DNA of 46,531 bases, filler included, from Catajapyx aquilonaris (lineage: Eukaryota), in NCBI GenBank assembly GCA_000934665.2. It is 2 parts of 2 records of this genome, joined end to end, with 100 filler letters (N's around TTAATTAATTAA, not from the genome) between each part and the next. Parts side by side here need not be neighbours in the genome. Positions count along the whole stretch, not along the records: positions 23,258 to 46,531 come from KZ539404.1; 1 more part is not named here. The stretch is one strand, 5' to 3'. A model generated the notes under the pieces. The model was not told where the DNA came from. It was given only the letters and a program-made list of their open reading frames with translations, and did not search any database. The first letter of the stretch is position 1, and each line of letters opens with the position of its first letter. Of the stretch, positions 24,266 to 37,680 are shown piece by piece. The translations under genes were made by a program, and so were the position numbers.

Positions 24266-25625
24266 GTGAGATCATCCCATTTTAAATTTCGAAGGCCCAT
24301 AAGGTTCCATTGTGAATCCCACTTTCTGGGCCTTCCATAGTGACCTATCCGCGAACTGTGAAATGTTTGAATCCGGAGCATATGGTCCGGATTCAGCCAT
24401 TTCACAGTTCGCAGAATTTCCGCTAGTTGCTGGGCTCTATAATGTCGCTTTGACCTTTCGAAAGAGTGGAGGGTTAGGGGGGAGGAGACTGGTGAGGATT
24501 GGGGTTGGTTTGAAATAATGGTTGACCTCGGGGTTGACCCACCGCCATCCAGTGGAAAGCAAGTGTTTTATTACGACCCCCCCCCCCCCCCGGTCAGTCC
24601 CCTTCCTCTCCACTTCTCTACCCTTCAAATCAAAAGATCTTCCGACTTCTGCTGAGGGGGCCGTATGTGCGTCACAAAAGTATCCGGTTTTGCTCAGATT
24701 CCTGAATAGACCTTCCAGAAACAAAGGTCAGCAGGACTGACTTCCGGTGAAGGATTCTACATGCGGCTAGGGCATATACACCCCTCCCTTTTCCATAGAT
24801 CAGGTTCATTCAGGCCAGGTAGTTCCCTAGGGCAGTGCGGTCAGGGTTCCAACCGCGGTGGGTCGCGAGCCTTGGGTCAACTTTTTTTTTTTTAATGTCT
24901 GTGTCATTTTTGCGGTCGTACAGAGTGTATGTTTTCTGGAAAGAGNCCCCCCCCCCCCCCCTCACAATCGGAACTTGTAACTTGAATCACAAAATGTTTA
25001 TGTCACTGGTCTGTTACAAACATTGTCTTGCACATCATTTTCACACCTGGAGCAAAATATGCAAGAAATATTCATACTCAAAATATTTAAAAACCATCAT
25101 ACTTCCATATCGATTTACAGTGCTGGGGGCAAGAAAATGGTAAGTGACCTTAATTACTCTGGAATTTTTATGCACGCCTTCATTATTTTTTTTCTGGGAC
25201 CGTTCTGATACATGGTTGTGTTTTAACTCAAATTACCGTACATGATAATTTTTGGATTGTACGGTACTTTATGTCAGAAAAATACGCCATTTTGGTTAAT
25301 CTACTGCAGCTAAGGAGACGGACTGTTTCGGAGAGGTAGGCCTCAGCGTCAAATCTAAAGTCAATGGAGACGAGGGCTTCAAATTACGGTTCACAGATTG
25401 GCGCAATACCAGCTAGGCCACTTGCCCGAACCAATCGCCCCAACTATATCCAATCCGTCCCNNNNNNNNNNNNNNNNNNNNNNNNNNNNNNNNNNNNNNN
25501 NNNNNNNNNNNNNNNNNNNNNNNCCCCCCCCCAATTAGAGCGTCGGTTTCCATCCGTTTCCATCAAATCCCAGGACCGGTAAGAATCTGAAAATCTCCGG
25601 GTGCCCCGACAAAAATCGGACTCAC

Positions 25626-25674
25626 TATCATAGTAGTAGCAGACTCTCTTCTTGCTGTGCGACTGGTAGGCCAT
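25626..25674 (-). CDS. HDAC1: Histone deacetylase 1/Rpd3, first coding exon
   Basis: Encodes MAYQSHSKKRVCYYYD, matching the insect Rpd3 N-terminus (QSHSKKRVCYYYD). It ends after 49 nt at a canonical GTGAGT donor (phase 1). CpG-rich sequence lies upstream. Confidence 0.9.
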
Positions 25675-26030
25675 GACCGGACACGGGCTAATTCACTGAT
25701 TCACGTCTCAACCGGCCTCCGAAGACCTCCCGTACGGTTCGACGCCTGCGACTGATTTGGGCCTTTGTGGGACTGGGACATATTTTCAAAACCAGCCACC
25801 TCCACTGACCACTCGTCAGTCGTCACCAGTGGGAGTGACCTAAGTGAGCATGCGTGTGGCCGAACCATGGAGCTAGTCCCCTATCCCTCCGTATGAAAAA
25901 TCATGCCAGGGGGCGTGGCTTCTCCATGGTCCAGGAATGGCCCATTTGGTCCATACCAGCCCACGGACACTACCCCTACCTTCTGGCCTTATCACCTGAC
26001 GGAGTGTTTTGCCGCGGGTGGTCCATACTA
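25675..26030 (-). promoter_or_regulatory. Probable HDAC1 5' UTR/promoter region
   Basis: GC- and CpG-rich stretch directly upstream of the ATG; extent is approximate. Confidence 0.45.
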
Positions 26031-27916
26031 ATGTNNNNNNNNNNNNNNNNNNNNNNNNNNNNNNNNNNNNNNNCAGGAGTTCACACCACCTCCAAGATTC
26101 CTACCTCCATGGTGACGTGCATCATAAATTTGATTTTCGCTCAACATAGTGTGGTTTTACGTTCCACGACAGTGTGAAAATCAAAACCACGCTATGTTTT
26201 TTTCGTCCTCTGCGGTGGGGACCAACATACTGTCGCTTGCCATTCAGTCGTCGTTCAACTCAAGGGTCGTACCACCTGGTATGTCGACAGTTTCGCCGCA
26301 TCTTTCCGCGGATACTAATATCATGCATGAGCGATCCGTATTTTCGTTATTATAGGCTTCGTTCAGTAAGGTCGAGATTCGAAAATCGTGAAAATGCAAC
26401 ATAACGCGGTTTTGATTTCCACGATTAAATTAGGTATATATTTAATGTTTGTGCAAGGATCGTTGAGGCCTTACTAGGAGCCTTGCAGGGATAGCTTAAG
26501 AATTCCCATGAACACAATAAGTAATAGTACAGCAACAGCATGGGGCTTGCCACTTGCAACTACTTGTATCTACATATTCAAACTGTCAACATGTGACGTA
26601 AGGTGAACAAATGATAAGTTCAATGTTCAATGTAAAACAACCTATTACAAGCATCGGTTGCCTACTTTACTGGTACCAATTAACTTATCGCACCGAGAGA
26701 ATTATATGACATGTCTGCATAAAAATATATAGCTCTCCCAGCCATCATTTCCTGTCGCCCTCCTTGTCCTGACTTGTGGAAGAAATGTCCTATCCTGTCC
26801 GTGGTGTGCAAGGATCTGATTTATTGAGAGAAATTGGCATTTCCTTGGGCATTTCCCCCTACATAAACTAGCTCCTGATTATTTACGTCCTGTGATGGTG
26901 CATCAGACACTGCAAAATGAATAAGTGCCACCTACTCTTGGTGCCACGCGCTCCAGATTCTGGATTGCACTTAGGATGACGTAACATGTGCCATGGGTTG
27001 AGGTCATGTTGTAGCTACTGTAGCTGTAACATTCTTTTGCATCAAGAAATCGGTAGCGATGATGGGGACAGGAAGTTGACGGACAGAGCCTTCCTTTACG
27101 ACCAGTTTACGACCGTCTCCTGGTTATCAGTTACTGACCATGAAGTGAGGCTAGACAATGAGAATAGCTCGATCGTGGGGGGGATTCATGGAGGGGAAGT
27201 GAGTCACCTCCACGTGTATGTCATCGGCATTAAGGAGAAAGGGAGAATATACAATTCTATAAATTTTACAGGATAGCCAAAAATAAGTTGAAAGTATACG
27301 AGTTATTTTACACCATTTACTCAATACTATAGTTACCGCTTACCGGTACTGTTAGTGTTTCTCGAAAATGATATACATGTATCTTGCTAGTGGTGTATGA
27401 GGGTGCACACACATTTTGATAACCTGTAAAAGTAACTGCTTAAAATACGCGGCAGAAACCCAAAATATCTCTAATCACTATAGACATTTCACTTGGTATA
27501 TCCTGTATTACTGCTGCTCTGCATAAGATTGCTTCCAGTCAGGTCACCTTTTTCCTCAAGCCATTAATGTTTATTACTCGTGCATACTAGATAAGGCCTC
27601 CCGCCTCCAGACAGTATGTTACGTAATAAATGAAAACCAGCCGTTTAAGTACGCATGTGCTAACCGCCATTTGGCTACAATAGACAATCCTGCATCATTC
27701 CCAGGATAAGGTAATCTCATAAAACGTTTTCTGGATAGCATTATTGAAGGAATACATCGTCGGCAATATAAGGAGAAAGGGCGAAATACATTTTTTTTTC
27801 AGACAATGACGAAAATGCGTCTTTTAAGGTGACATCACCCACAGCAGGTTTTGGTGAAAGGACAAATGTGTAGGTGCAACAGTGCGCATACAGTGACACT
27901 GGATTTGTGAGGACTA

Positions 27917-28771
27917 CGAGGGCCAGTCAAAATATACGAGATACGTATATTGAGACTTATTTTTTTATGTGATTAAGAGAATTAGATCATGACTTGCGGT
28001 GAATGGCATCGTGTCCAAAATGCATTGAAGTATTAGAACACCAATTCTTGTTCGAATATTCCACGATCTCAGGCGATGGTGACACCGGAAGTAGATTAGG
28101 TTCATACGTATAGACCTCGGTTCTATACCAGGAGGTTGGCGGTGTTGCTTCCGTTTGAAGACAACAGCGACGGAGGCGTATGACATGCTAAGATATGGTA
28201 AATATGTGTCCCACAGCATTACAGAGATTATTAACACCACCTATGCAGTGATTGTCGGGGAAGATCGCCACATAACCGTTGATGATTGGTACCTTCAGTG
28301 GTAGTGCTCACTGACAGCGCTCACAAAATTTTTGATTGACAATTTGCACTTGCGATGCCTTTACATCCGATACGATCCCCAAGCAGTTGACACCACAGAC
28401 GAGAAGAGGCAGATGCTGGTGGAGGTTTGCGAAGAGTTGCAACGTCTTGTATTCTCACATGGTGACCAGTATCTGCTGTTCACAATCTTAGCATGTCATA
28501 CACCTCCCTCCGCCGCTGTTTTATTCACATGGAAGCAATCCCTCAGCACTGAATTTTGGTCCTCACCAACGACCTCCTTGCAGAGGGGAGGGAAATGTGA
28601 ACCTAGGTCTACTTCCGCTGTCACTGTCGCCTGGGATCGTGGAATATTCGAACAAAAATTGGTGATCTAATACTTCAATCCATTCTGGACACGATTCCAT
28701 TCACCGAGAGTCCTGAACTTTACTCTTTGTCACATAAAAAATCAGCCTCAATTTATTTTGACTGGCCCTCG
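27917..28771 (+). mobile_element. Internally deleted, decayed mariner element
   Basis: TIR CGAGGGCCAGTCAAAATA, TA TSD. Remnant EDRHITVDD...SAHKILIDNLHLR..RYDP..EKRQMLVEVCEEL matches the mariner HTH/WVPxxL region. Confidence 0.88.
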
Positions 28772-29611
28772 TAGTAAATAAGCAACTTACTGCCGAAAAT
28801 TCGCTAGACCTACCGACATTACAGTTGGAACTCTTGTATGCAGTCAAAGAATGAAGATTAGCAACAATCTTTACAAAGCCCCGAGTACAAAAACAAAAAC
28901 AAAAAAACAATGAGGACCGGACTCCCGATACGATCTTCCTTATGAGTAGGCGCACTTTTAAAAAGGAACTACATGTGAATACGGTATAGAAACTATTGCA
29001 CCATTGAAGGTGAAAGGTCCAGAGAAAGCTTATCCTTGTGCTGCATGATGTAAATGTAAAGCTTGATTCTGTGTTCAATTTAATTTTGTTTCCATTTATG
29101 TAGAACCAAAAGGATTCATTTCTGAGGATAGCCGTTAGTCTGAGTAATATTGAATTGGCAGGTTATAAGTTAAATATGATTCCAAAAAATGAGAATTATT
29201 GACTGATGCATACCGGGTAGTTTGGATATCGCTTTGAAATATTCAAATCCATATAATCTCGCTGAATCGCGAGGCATCAATACACTATAGGTAACCAACA
29301 TATTCGTAATCGAATTTTAAATAAGAATAATCACTGCCTATCAGCAATCATTGATGTCTGGATATCCCAATTCTATCAAATGCTTTGCTGACCGTCCAGA
29401 ACCAGCTTTTAATTGGAAATTGTAATGGGTCATTCACGGAGAAGTCTACGAGTCCTTTGGTTAGCGAATCTGAGCCTTGTTAACTTTGGAAAGCCAATTT
29501 ATTAAATGTTTCATTACTTGACGTGAGACTGGCTTTCCCCCTGTCTCGAATATCTACCATGTTGAGGCATTTACCCCACCCCAACGCTGTCCTATTTTAT
29601 AAATGCAAATA

Positions 29612-30325
29612 CAAGCGAAACCTGCCTATAACAAACCCTGGATATAGCGGAAACCTATCCATTACCAGCCATTACGGAATTTTTCCGGGAACGGGCATAT
29701 GCAATCATGCAATGTATTTTTGCCGTATATAACGGAACCTGCCCAAGGCGGAAACGGAAGGGATTTTTGGCTCCCTTTAGCGAAAATCCCTGTTCATAAC
29801 GGAAATCAAAAGGTTCGCATTATCTGCTGCGAGTCACAAAAATAGAAACTGCAGCCGGCGGCAATTCCAGGTGGCCACGTGTGTCTAGTAATTTCTGGAA
29901 TTGCTATCGGCTGTGGCCTTGGAAGATATTTTTGAGGAAAGGGGGACAATTTCTGGCTGGAAAACCGGTTTGTTCGGGGGGGGGGGGCAAAGAAGATTGT
30001 GACTGAAATTGGTAGGTGCCCCAGGGGTGCCCTCCTGCCTTCACATGGTTCACTAGGTTCAGTCCAGTGTAAAAATGTCGGGGAAGAGGAAGGGGGTGAC
30101 CTTAGCTCAACGGATATACGGATTGCTCATTTTGTACCATATTGAGGTAAGGTATAGTGTTCATTTATGCCCCCCTCCCCCCACTTCCTCTCTTTCTCAC
30201 CAGCAAAAAATCTCAGAAACGTCATTGATCTGCATATAGCGGAAACCTGTTCATTACGGAAATTTCTTGGGGTCCCGTGCGATTCCGCTATACCAAGAGC
30301 TAATGGCTAGACACAGGTTTCACTG
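29612..30325. mobile_element. Tigger/pogo-like MITE
   Basis: TA-CAAGCGAAACCTG...CAGGTTTCACTG-TA ends with repeated atagcggaaacct motifs. Confidence 0.7.
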
Positions 30326-31131
30326 TAGGGTGGTTCCATTTCAGATCAGCCAGTGAGTGAAAAAAGGTGTCAGGTCATAGTCATCGATTTTTTTGAAAAA
30401 AATTTATGTGAAACCCACATCCAATTGAACTCTTATGGAGCAATCAGTTTTACCAGATTAAATTTAGTTATCGAGATATTAATATTTCTTTTAAGGAGTA
30501 CCAAAATCATTCTGGCATTGTTGGCATTTTGACATTTTCTTGCATTCTTCTTTACTTTACTTTTCTTCTAATCTGAATTATTTACCCGCCAAACCGGAAA
30601 CAAATACAATATGATAGCGATATTAATAATTTCAGCTATAATAGCTATTATCATTACCAACCATTTTCATCAATGATAGCTCGTCTATGGGTTATTAGAG
30701 TACAGTACTGTAATAAGTGACTTATTTACGTAAATGCTTGAGTAAGCACAGTAGGCTATATTTGCAAAAATCTTCGTAGAGTGGTTAGGTGGTGTCAATA
30801 TAATCGGAGATATCTCTGTAGCGATTCGCTCTACAAAAGAATGATAAGGATAGGATTGTACATTCTTCCATTTCGTCCTCTTCATAAATTCATATACGTG
30901 CAGCCATCTAAGAGATAGATTTTAAAAACCTATTTTCGCCACCATTTTCCCAAGATGGATGCGGGTTCCCTAGCTCTAATTGCATTGAACGTTGGATATG
31001 TTATTCTCCACATATGATTTCCATTGCAGTTCTTTTGACCCCATACCTTATCATTCCTGGATTAAGCCACACATACGCGCCTGTTCAAACCTATGGCTCA
31101 AAACTGGACATTTTTGTTAAAAAATGCTTTA

Positions 31132-31712
31132 AAACGTGTTCAAACTGTCTTCTGGCACTAAAATCGTGTTCAGCGACTTCGTATTGCTAGGAATGGACTC
31201 CTTAATCGTCAATTTCCTGCGAAAAATACGGTTCCGATTTTGTAACAATGGAGGCCATTTCCATTATTGGCCGCCATATTGGTTTCAAACGTGTTCAAAC
31301 TGTATTCTGACATTAGATTCGTGTTCAGCGACTTCGTATTGGTAGGAATCGACTCCTCAATCGTCAATTTCCTGCGAACAATACCGATTTTGTAACAATG
31401 GAGGCCATTTTCATTATTGGCCGCCATATTGGTTTCAAACGTGTTCAAACTGTATTCTGACATTAGAATCGTGTTCAGCGACTTCGTATTGGTAGTAGGA
31501 ATCGACTCCTCAATCGTCAATTTCCTGCGAACAATACCGATTTTGTAACAATAATGGAAGCCATTTTCATTATTGGCCGCCATCTTGAATCCTAATGGAC
31601 GAAATTTCCGGTTCCACTTCCGGAATCATTCCTTATGGTCCTAGGAAGCCCCATGCCAAGTGGCACACTTTCATCATCAAATGCCAGGTTTTTCCAGCTA
31701 CCGCTTCCACTA
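31132..31712. repeat. Three ~150-bp tandem repeats ending in an Academ-like terminus
   Basis: Units start AAACGTGTTCAAACTG at 31132, 31287 and 31437. They are followed by CCAAGTGGCAC...CCACTA, which resembles the end of element 20283-21093. Confidence 0.8.
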
Positions 31713-31921
31713 TTCTGCCCGTACCCGATCCGTCTCGGCCCGGGGCCTGCCCCACCTTGCCCATAGCATGTATATTCGCCCCAGCAACCTCTCCAGGAGG
31801 AGAGTGGCAAGGAGAGGGTGCAGGAGCGAACATAAGGAGAGGTGAAAAAAACGGGTCGAAAATTTTGGCGTGACTAGACCAAAACCAAAAGGGTCACATC
31901 GACCGCAAACTCGCAAATTCT

Positions 31922-32107
31922 GTAGTCCTCAGGCTTGAAGTGCAAATGGCAGACGACGTCATGAACAGCCTGATCTCAAAGATTTCCAGTTCGTGAATCC
32001 ACGCGTTTGATGGCAACTCGCCACTGTTCCCGAAGCGATGGGTTTTTGGGAAAATGATGGCCGGAAATGTTGCATCGGCAACTCGGTACACAACAGTACT
32101 GTGGCAT
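31922..32107 (-). pseudogene. THAP zinc-finger domain remnant (transposase N-terminus type)
   Basis: MPQYCCVPSCRCNISGHHFPKNPSLREQWRVAIKRVDSRTGNL*DQAVHDVVCHLHFKPEDY shows the C2CH pattern with FP, W and CxxHF; one in-frame TGA at 31978-31976. Confidence 0.88.
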
Positions 32108-34129
32108 TTTGCTGGTTCGGACCTTTGCTTCGTACTGTCGCAGCAAGGTTCGAGCTTCATCTCCAACAGAAAGTGAACAGAAATCACATCTTGTATGGAA
32201 ATGTCAACGGCATACGGGACAATACCAGTATTCACTCCTGACGATACTGAACCACCGTATAACCTTTCGCCCACTAGCGCCGCCCTACCGGTTAGTGCCT
32301 GAGCCAGCCCCAAAACAATGTGCAACAGACTGACCTCAACCTTGGTTTCACATAAATTTTTTTCAAAAAAATCGATGACTATGACCTGACACCTTTTTTC
32401 ACTCACTGGCTGATCTGAAATGGAACCACCCTGTATACAAAAATTCCGAAATCCGTTGGAAATGAAGACATGCAATATGGGTGGACCGTCCACGATATTG
32501 CACATGTTACAAAGAGCGAAAATGTTTCAGTAATATTATGTCCTCTCTCGATAGACCCTTTTGCCCAACCCGCCGCATGTGGCCGTGACTTCTAGACATT
32601 TTGTGTTGTATATCATGGTGATCTGGACAAAAGTTCAGGATGGGGGACTGGGGTCCGTTAGTTGAATAGCCCTACTCTACGGGTTTTATTAGCAGCATGC
32701 TTGAATTTCGGAGGCGTAAACAAATAAAAGAAAGAATACAGATGGGCCTGGCAGGGCTTGGGGATGTCATCGGAGCAGGGTGCTCGGAGGTAGGGGTTGG
32801 AGAGGGTGGGGGGAAAGGGGAACAAGTCAGCTATTTTGTGGCACTGACCTTCGCAACACACACCGCGCTGGTTGCTGGGCCATGCCAGGGGGCATGCAGA
32901 CTGATAAGACCCCCACGAGGAAGAAAACTCATTTTGGGGAACCAGTGATAAAAGTTTTGCTTTTCCCCTTCCCCATCACTTGAGTAGGGCGTGCACCCAT
33001 TAGGGAAGAGCATTTTGAAATGCACTGTATTGCCTTAACATGCCGCTGTAAATGCAGTTTTTATGTCCCTACAGTAAGTCTGACGGCCCTAGTTAAAACC
33101 CCCATATCTTCGAAAATCACGTAAATGGAGATAAATGTGTCGTTGCATTCCTCTTTGCAAGCCTCACCTTTTGGTACAAAGCCCGTAACTGTAAGAGCAA
33201 CCCTTGCCAAGTTTTGGTCAATTGAAATCATGCACTTCCATATACAATAATGGAAACAAAATACTTTAAACGCGAATATATCGAAATGTCAAGCTACATA
33301 GGTAGTCTGTGTGCACAACTCCATTCAAGACAGTAGAGTATAATCACCGATAAGGTTCAACAGGGTGGCCCCTCGACTGTTTCTTAGTAGGCCCGAAGCT
33401 TTGTGTTATTCAACAATTTCAGTGGAAAGTGATTTGTGCTTATAAATGTGAGTATTGCTAATGTCTTATTCTAGCATGGAAGTCTCCCTTTAAGATAACC
33501 CTGGTTTACTGTTAAATATTTCCATCTACCGACCAACCTCTTCCATGAAAAACTTTTTAGGTGGAAGACACGGCAGTAGCCTACCACTACCAGTTTTCCC
33601 GCTGTTGCAACAATCAGTAGGCTAATCATAAATACCCCATCGTACCCCATTCCTACCTGAAGTGAGCAATTTGAATTTAAATTCTTTACTGGCCGAAAGT
33701 ATGAACCACCAGAGGCACAACCAAATTTTGCATATTTGTAAGGGCATTTTGAAAACAGTCCAATTACTATTGGACATGTCCTTTTCCGGGCCATGCCAAG
33801 ATTTAGTTAGCACAACATAACCACTATGCCTTGTACAGTATTAGGCCAAAGTTCTGGCAGGGCCTCAACTGGATGCATACCTGATATGTTCCAAGCCACA
33901 AAACAACATGTGACATCCAATCGTTGACATCATCACTTTTAACTTGTCACCAGCAACAATCTCACTGACAACTCCTGCACTTCCCAGTGGTAGAGACTGC
34001 AATATATCGGCTCTGGCCCATTGGTCAGGAACTTTTGCAGCCTTATTCAATGCCGTTGACTTAGTTGCTGTTGACACCATCACTTTTAACTTAATCACCA
34101 GCAACAATCTCACTGAAAACAATGGCACT

Positions 34130-34372
34130 TCCCACTTCGGCTGGGAAATGAAAAAATTTTCCGTACTCGCCAACATGAACTTCGACTTAGGGAGACTGAA
34201 AATGCATCAATGTCCCATCATAAGGCCCTGCCTGCACTTCGAGTTATGGAGAACTTCGAGTTAGGGAAGTTTATTTCTTATTATTTTACATTGTGACCAA
34301 CTAAGCTCATCATTTTCTTCGACTTACAGAGAACTTCGACTTAGGGAAGTTCGACTTATAGAAGATTTACTG
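34130..34372. mobile_element. Tigger/pogo-like terminal fragment (second copy 37455-37680)
   Basis: Repeated ttcga(c/g)tta motifs ending TTTACTG-TA. Confidence 0.75.
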
Positions 34373-34623
34373 TAAATGCTGTACGTTTGTGAAACATTAA
34401 TATTAAGTGCCAGAGATACAAAATACGTAATCAGTAACATACAAAAACCACCAGTAACATCGCAGAAGAGGTAGATGGTGGTGGAGGATCCCCAGGTCCA
34501 ATCGGAACCCGCACTACGGACAATGACCTTTGACCTCCGAGGGCTTTGGAAGTGTCAGAATTGAGTTCTCCAACCCCGAAAACCTAGGAAATGACACCAG
34601 AACGACCATCGTAGCCCAACATA

Positions 34624-35406
34624 CAGGGTGTATCTGAATTCAGTGCCCCGACGTACATGACTGCCTTCCTAGCCACCAGAGGATCGATTTAAGTATAGGA
34701 TTTGTTGTGGGTGGGTAATGCTTTCACCCCCTACGGGGTATATCGCATGAACCTTTATTTTATTTTCCAATTTTTTTTTCTTTTAACTTCCACTCCGGTG
34801 CAAGGAATCAAGGAATTTGGGTAAGGATAGGGATTTTTCGGGGAGGGGACACGGGTGCAGGTGCAATGTCGTTAAATGGGTCATGTGCAGTCCCCCAGGA
34901 GGTTAGGTTGCCAGACACCTCCTCGGTGCAGGTCAGAGACCCTCCTGACGCAGGTGAAAGGAAGTTCCCCAGGCGGGGATCGAACCTGGGGCCTTTCACT
35001 CAGCAAGCCGAGACGTTACCATCTCGGCCACCACACCTCCCCAGATTTAAGTATAGGAGTCATTATGTCTGGCCGCCGCATTACTGAGCTAATTGGCCGC
35101 AAACATGTAGTACAAAATATCCTGTCGGTTAGGCCACCCATCGAACCCTCCCCCAGTCAGAAGGCTCTGGAAGGTCTGGGGGCCAGACTTTGTTGGTTTG
35201 TTGCCCACAGGTGGTAAGGCCTCTTTGGCTAGTTACACCAGAAAATTCTATTTAAAAGTCAGAAGGAGCGATTAGGCAAAAATCGCTAAAGAGTGTATCT
35301 CAGTAATGAGGCTGCCCAGACATAATGACTCCTCTACATAAGTTGATCCTCTGGTGGCTAGGAAGGCAGTCATATACGCCGGGGCACTGAGTTCAGATAC
35401 ACCCTG
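34624..35406. mobile_element. Tc1/mariner-type MITE family A (opposite orientation to 10471-12802), carrying a SINE
   Basis: Same TIRs and body as the first copy; TA TSD. Confidence 0.9.
34701..35043 (-). mobile_element. tRNA-derived SINE (family 2) nested in MITE A
   Basis: Head near-identical to 14531-14864; perfect 15-bp TSD GATTTAAGTATAGGA. Confidence 0.92.
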
Positions 35407-35594
35407 TAGAAGCCGGTAACACGCAATTTTCACTTACGCACTGTTTAACTTTGAACGGCTGTAAAAAATTAACTGGAAACTTTTGGAGGTGGCTCCAACC
35501 CTCAAAATGCTCCATATGGTTCGTAGATCACGAAAAAAAATTCAAATCGCTTTTGGCTCGAAGTGCATAATACTTTCAATAAACGTCTGTACTA

Positions 35595-36070
35595 ATAGGG
35601 TATGAAGGGTCGTTGACTTCGTGTAGCATTCTCTGTTTTGCAGCACTTCCTATCATGTTGTAGAGGAATGCCGGGGTAATGCCTCCTCCTGTTATGGAAT
35701 GCCATACACAACAGCTGATCTGGCCACACATGGTGATACAGTGACAGTAGGGAACACTCTTATTTGGTCTCATATTGGGTTAGTGCATGTGTTACCCTTG
35801 TTACCCCAAGTGAATAAAAGACATGCAAATGGAAAGAAAAGCTTACAAGTACAGGTAGCACATAACTTCTTATGGTGTTATATGAAGCACAGGCCAACTT
35901 TTTTTTTCTTCAAATAGCCGTAATGCATCGTAATTCAGTAAAGCATGAGAATTTTTGACAATGTCTGACAAAAGCTTCCGTGTGAATCAAGGTCAATGAA
36001 CCTGACCCAGTAGTAAGATGCCTGCTATATCAATAAGGACATTTCAAGTTCAAACATGCATGTTTTACAT
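35595..36070 (+). repeat. Third copy of the downstream flank of the tandem two-TM genes
   Basis: Aligns by eye with ~40980-41440 and ~43215-43905 (cattctctgttttgcagcacttcctatca, ggaatgccatacacaac, tcaataag). Confidence 0.8.
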
Positions 36071-37454
36071 TACTGCTACAAGGATTCTATTATTTGGAAA
36101 TCCTGTAGTCGGCAGATCCTAAGATTGGATTGTGGATTGGACCCTCCCCCCTCCCTCTCTTCCCCCACCTCTGTACCCGTGGCCATGTGGAAATCTAACG
36201 AAGGGCGTATGAAATTAAACAGATCACAGCCAGCGTCCATGTACCATATCCAGTGTCGGTGCATGTGGAAGGGAGCGGCCAAGGTCCTCCACCCCCCAAG
36301 GGGGGTCCCCGCTTCATTTGTGACATTGAAACTTTTTTTAGAAGTACGAATTTTATGCAATTTATGTACATTTTCGACGCTTATTGACAAGAACCTAATT
36401 AACGTTAAATTACGAGTTTCTAACTGCTGAAGTGGTTCGGGGCCCTATAACTTCGATTATCAGAAAATGACTGTAGTTAAAGGGGATTAAAATGCAAGGC
36501 GCAGGGTTCTTGTGAGGTATAGGCTTTTGCACAATATGAAATATTGTGATCATGGTGCCATGTGCGACAGCTAGCATTTCGAGTCAAAGGAGCAGGGGCC
36601 AAAGGCCTGGTGGGAAGCGATCTGCCAGAGCATTTCCTTCCGCTGGCTTGCATATGTACACGTACTATGCAGTAGCCTACTATCGGTTCCCAAAATACAG
36701 CATTTGGCTAAGTCCGGACCCGACTTTTTCGTTCATCCTGGCTTGATGCAACCCACAGCACAGGCCCAAGGTGAGGCCAAGTGTTTCTCTCCTGGGTTCC
36801 CCCCCTCCCTCACGTATCTCGTCTCCCTCGCCTGCTTGCTTATCTGTCTCTGCTATACTACTTAGCATCAAGCATTGATCATTATTATGTATACACTATT
36901 GTTTATTTTGCTGCTAATGATTGATATAGGAGACTCGGTGTCAGCCTTTCCTCCCAGGGAGGTCATCGATTTGCGTGAGGTCGTCAGGTCGATGCAGCTG
37001 GTGAAAAATAGTCCTGTATTAAGGTGTGCACAACCGTCGCGTGCTTACCAATCAGGAAGATTCACCGAGAGAACTAGGGTCAACAAGTTGGAAATAGGAA
37101 ACCCTGAAACCTACGGTATGGAAATAGATAGTAGGCACCATGACAAATGATTAAAACCCCTGAAAACATTGAACAGAGCACATGTGTGCCTCAACCTTCG
37201 AGTTAGAGAAGTTTGGCTTTTTTGAAGCACATACTCTATAAGGAAGCCTACCTTCATATCCAGCGACGAAAGGTGTTCAAAACTTAAAAATAACTGTCAC
37301 TATCACACTTACAATGTTCTTCGTTGTTTTGGTGTAAAAAAAAACTGTGATGGACATTTGCCTACTCTTAGATTCGAGGATTCAATTGTCACAATCAAGT
37401 CAAACACTTCTTTCGGTACGATTGAGGCTTTCTGTACATGTGACCTACTCTCGA

Positions 37455-37680
37455 CCCTTCGGCTGGGAAATGAGAATATTTTCCGTACTCGCCAACATGA
37501 ACGTCGACTTGGGGAGACTGAAAATGCATTATTGATATCCCATCGTAAGGCCCTGCCTGCACTTCGAGTTATGGAGAACTTCGAGTTATAGAAATTCAAG
37601 TTAGGGAAGTTTATTTCCTATTATTTTACATAGTGACCAACCAAGCTCATAATTTTCTTCAACTTATAGAAGTTTTACTG
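37455..37680. mobile_element. Tigger/pogo-like terminal fragment
   Basis: Copy of 34130-34372. Confidence 0.75.

Larger units (their letters stand above)
30328..32431. mobile_element. Sola-like composite element with foreign TE cargo
   Basis: Perfect ~88-bp TIRs GGGTGGTTCCATTTCAGATCAGCCAG...GTGAAACC; 4-bp TGTA TSD (30324-30327, 32432-32435). Confidence 0.88.

Noticed and set aside
26700..27250. Possible decayed gene upstream of HDAC1
   Set aside because: Multiple stops and no recognisable homology.
31209..31583. Repetitive 124-aa ORF
   Set aside because: Translation of a ~150-bp TE tandem repeat.
31894..32505. 203-aa ORF
   Set aside because: It runs through a TIR and is an alternative frame over the THAP remnant; no recognisable domain.
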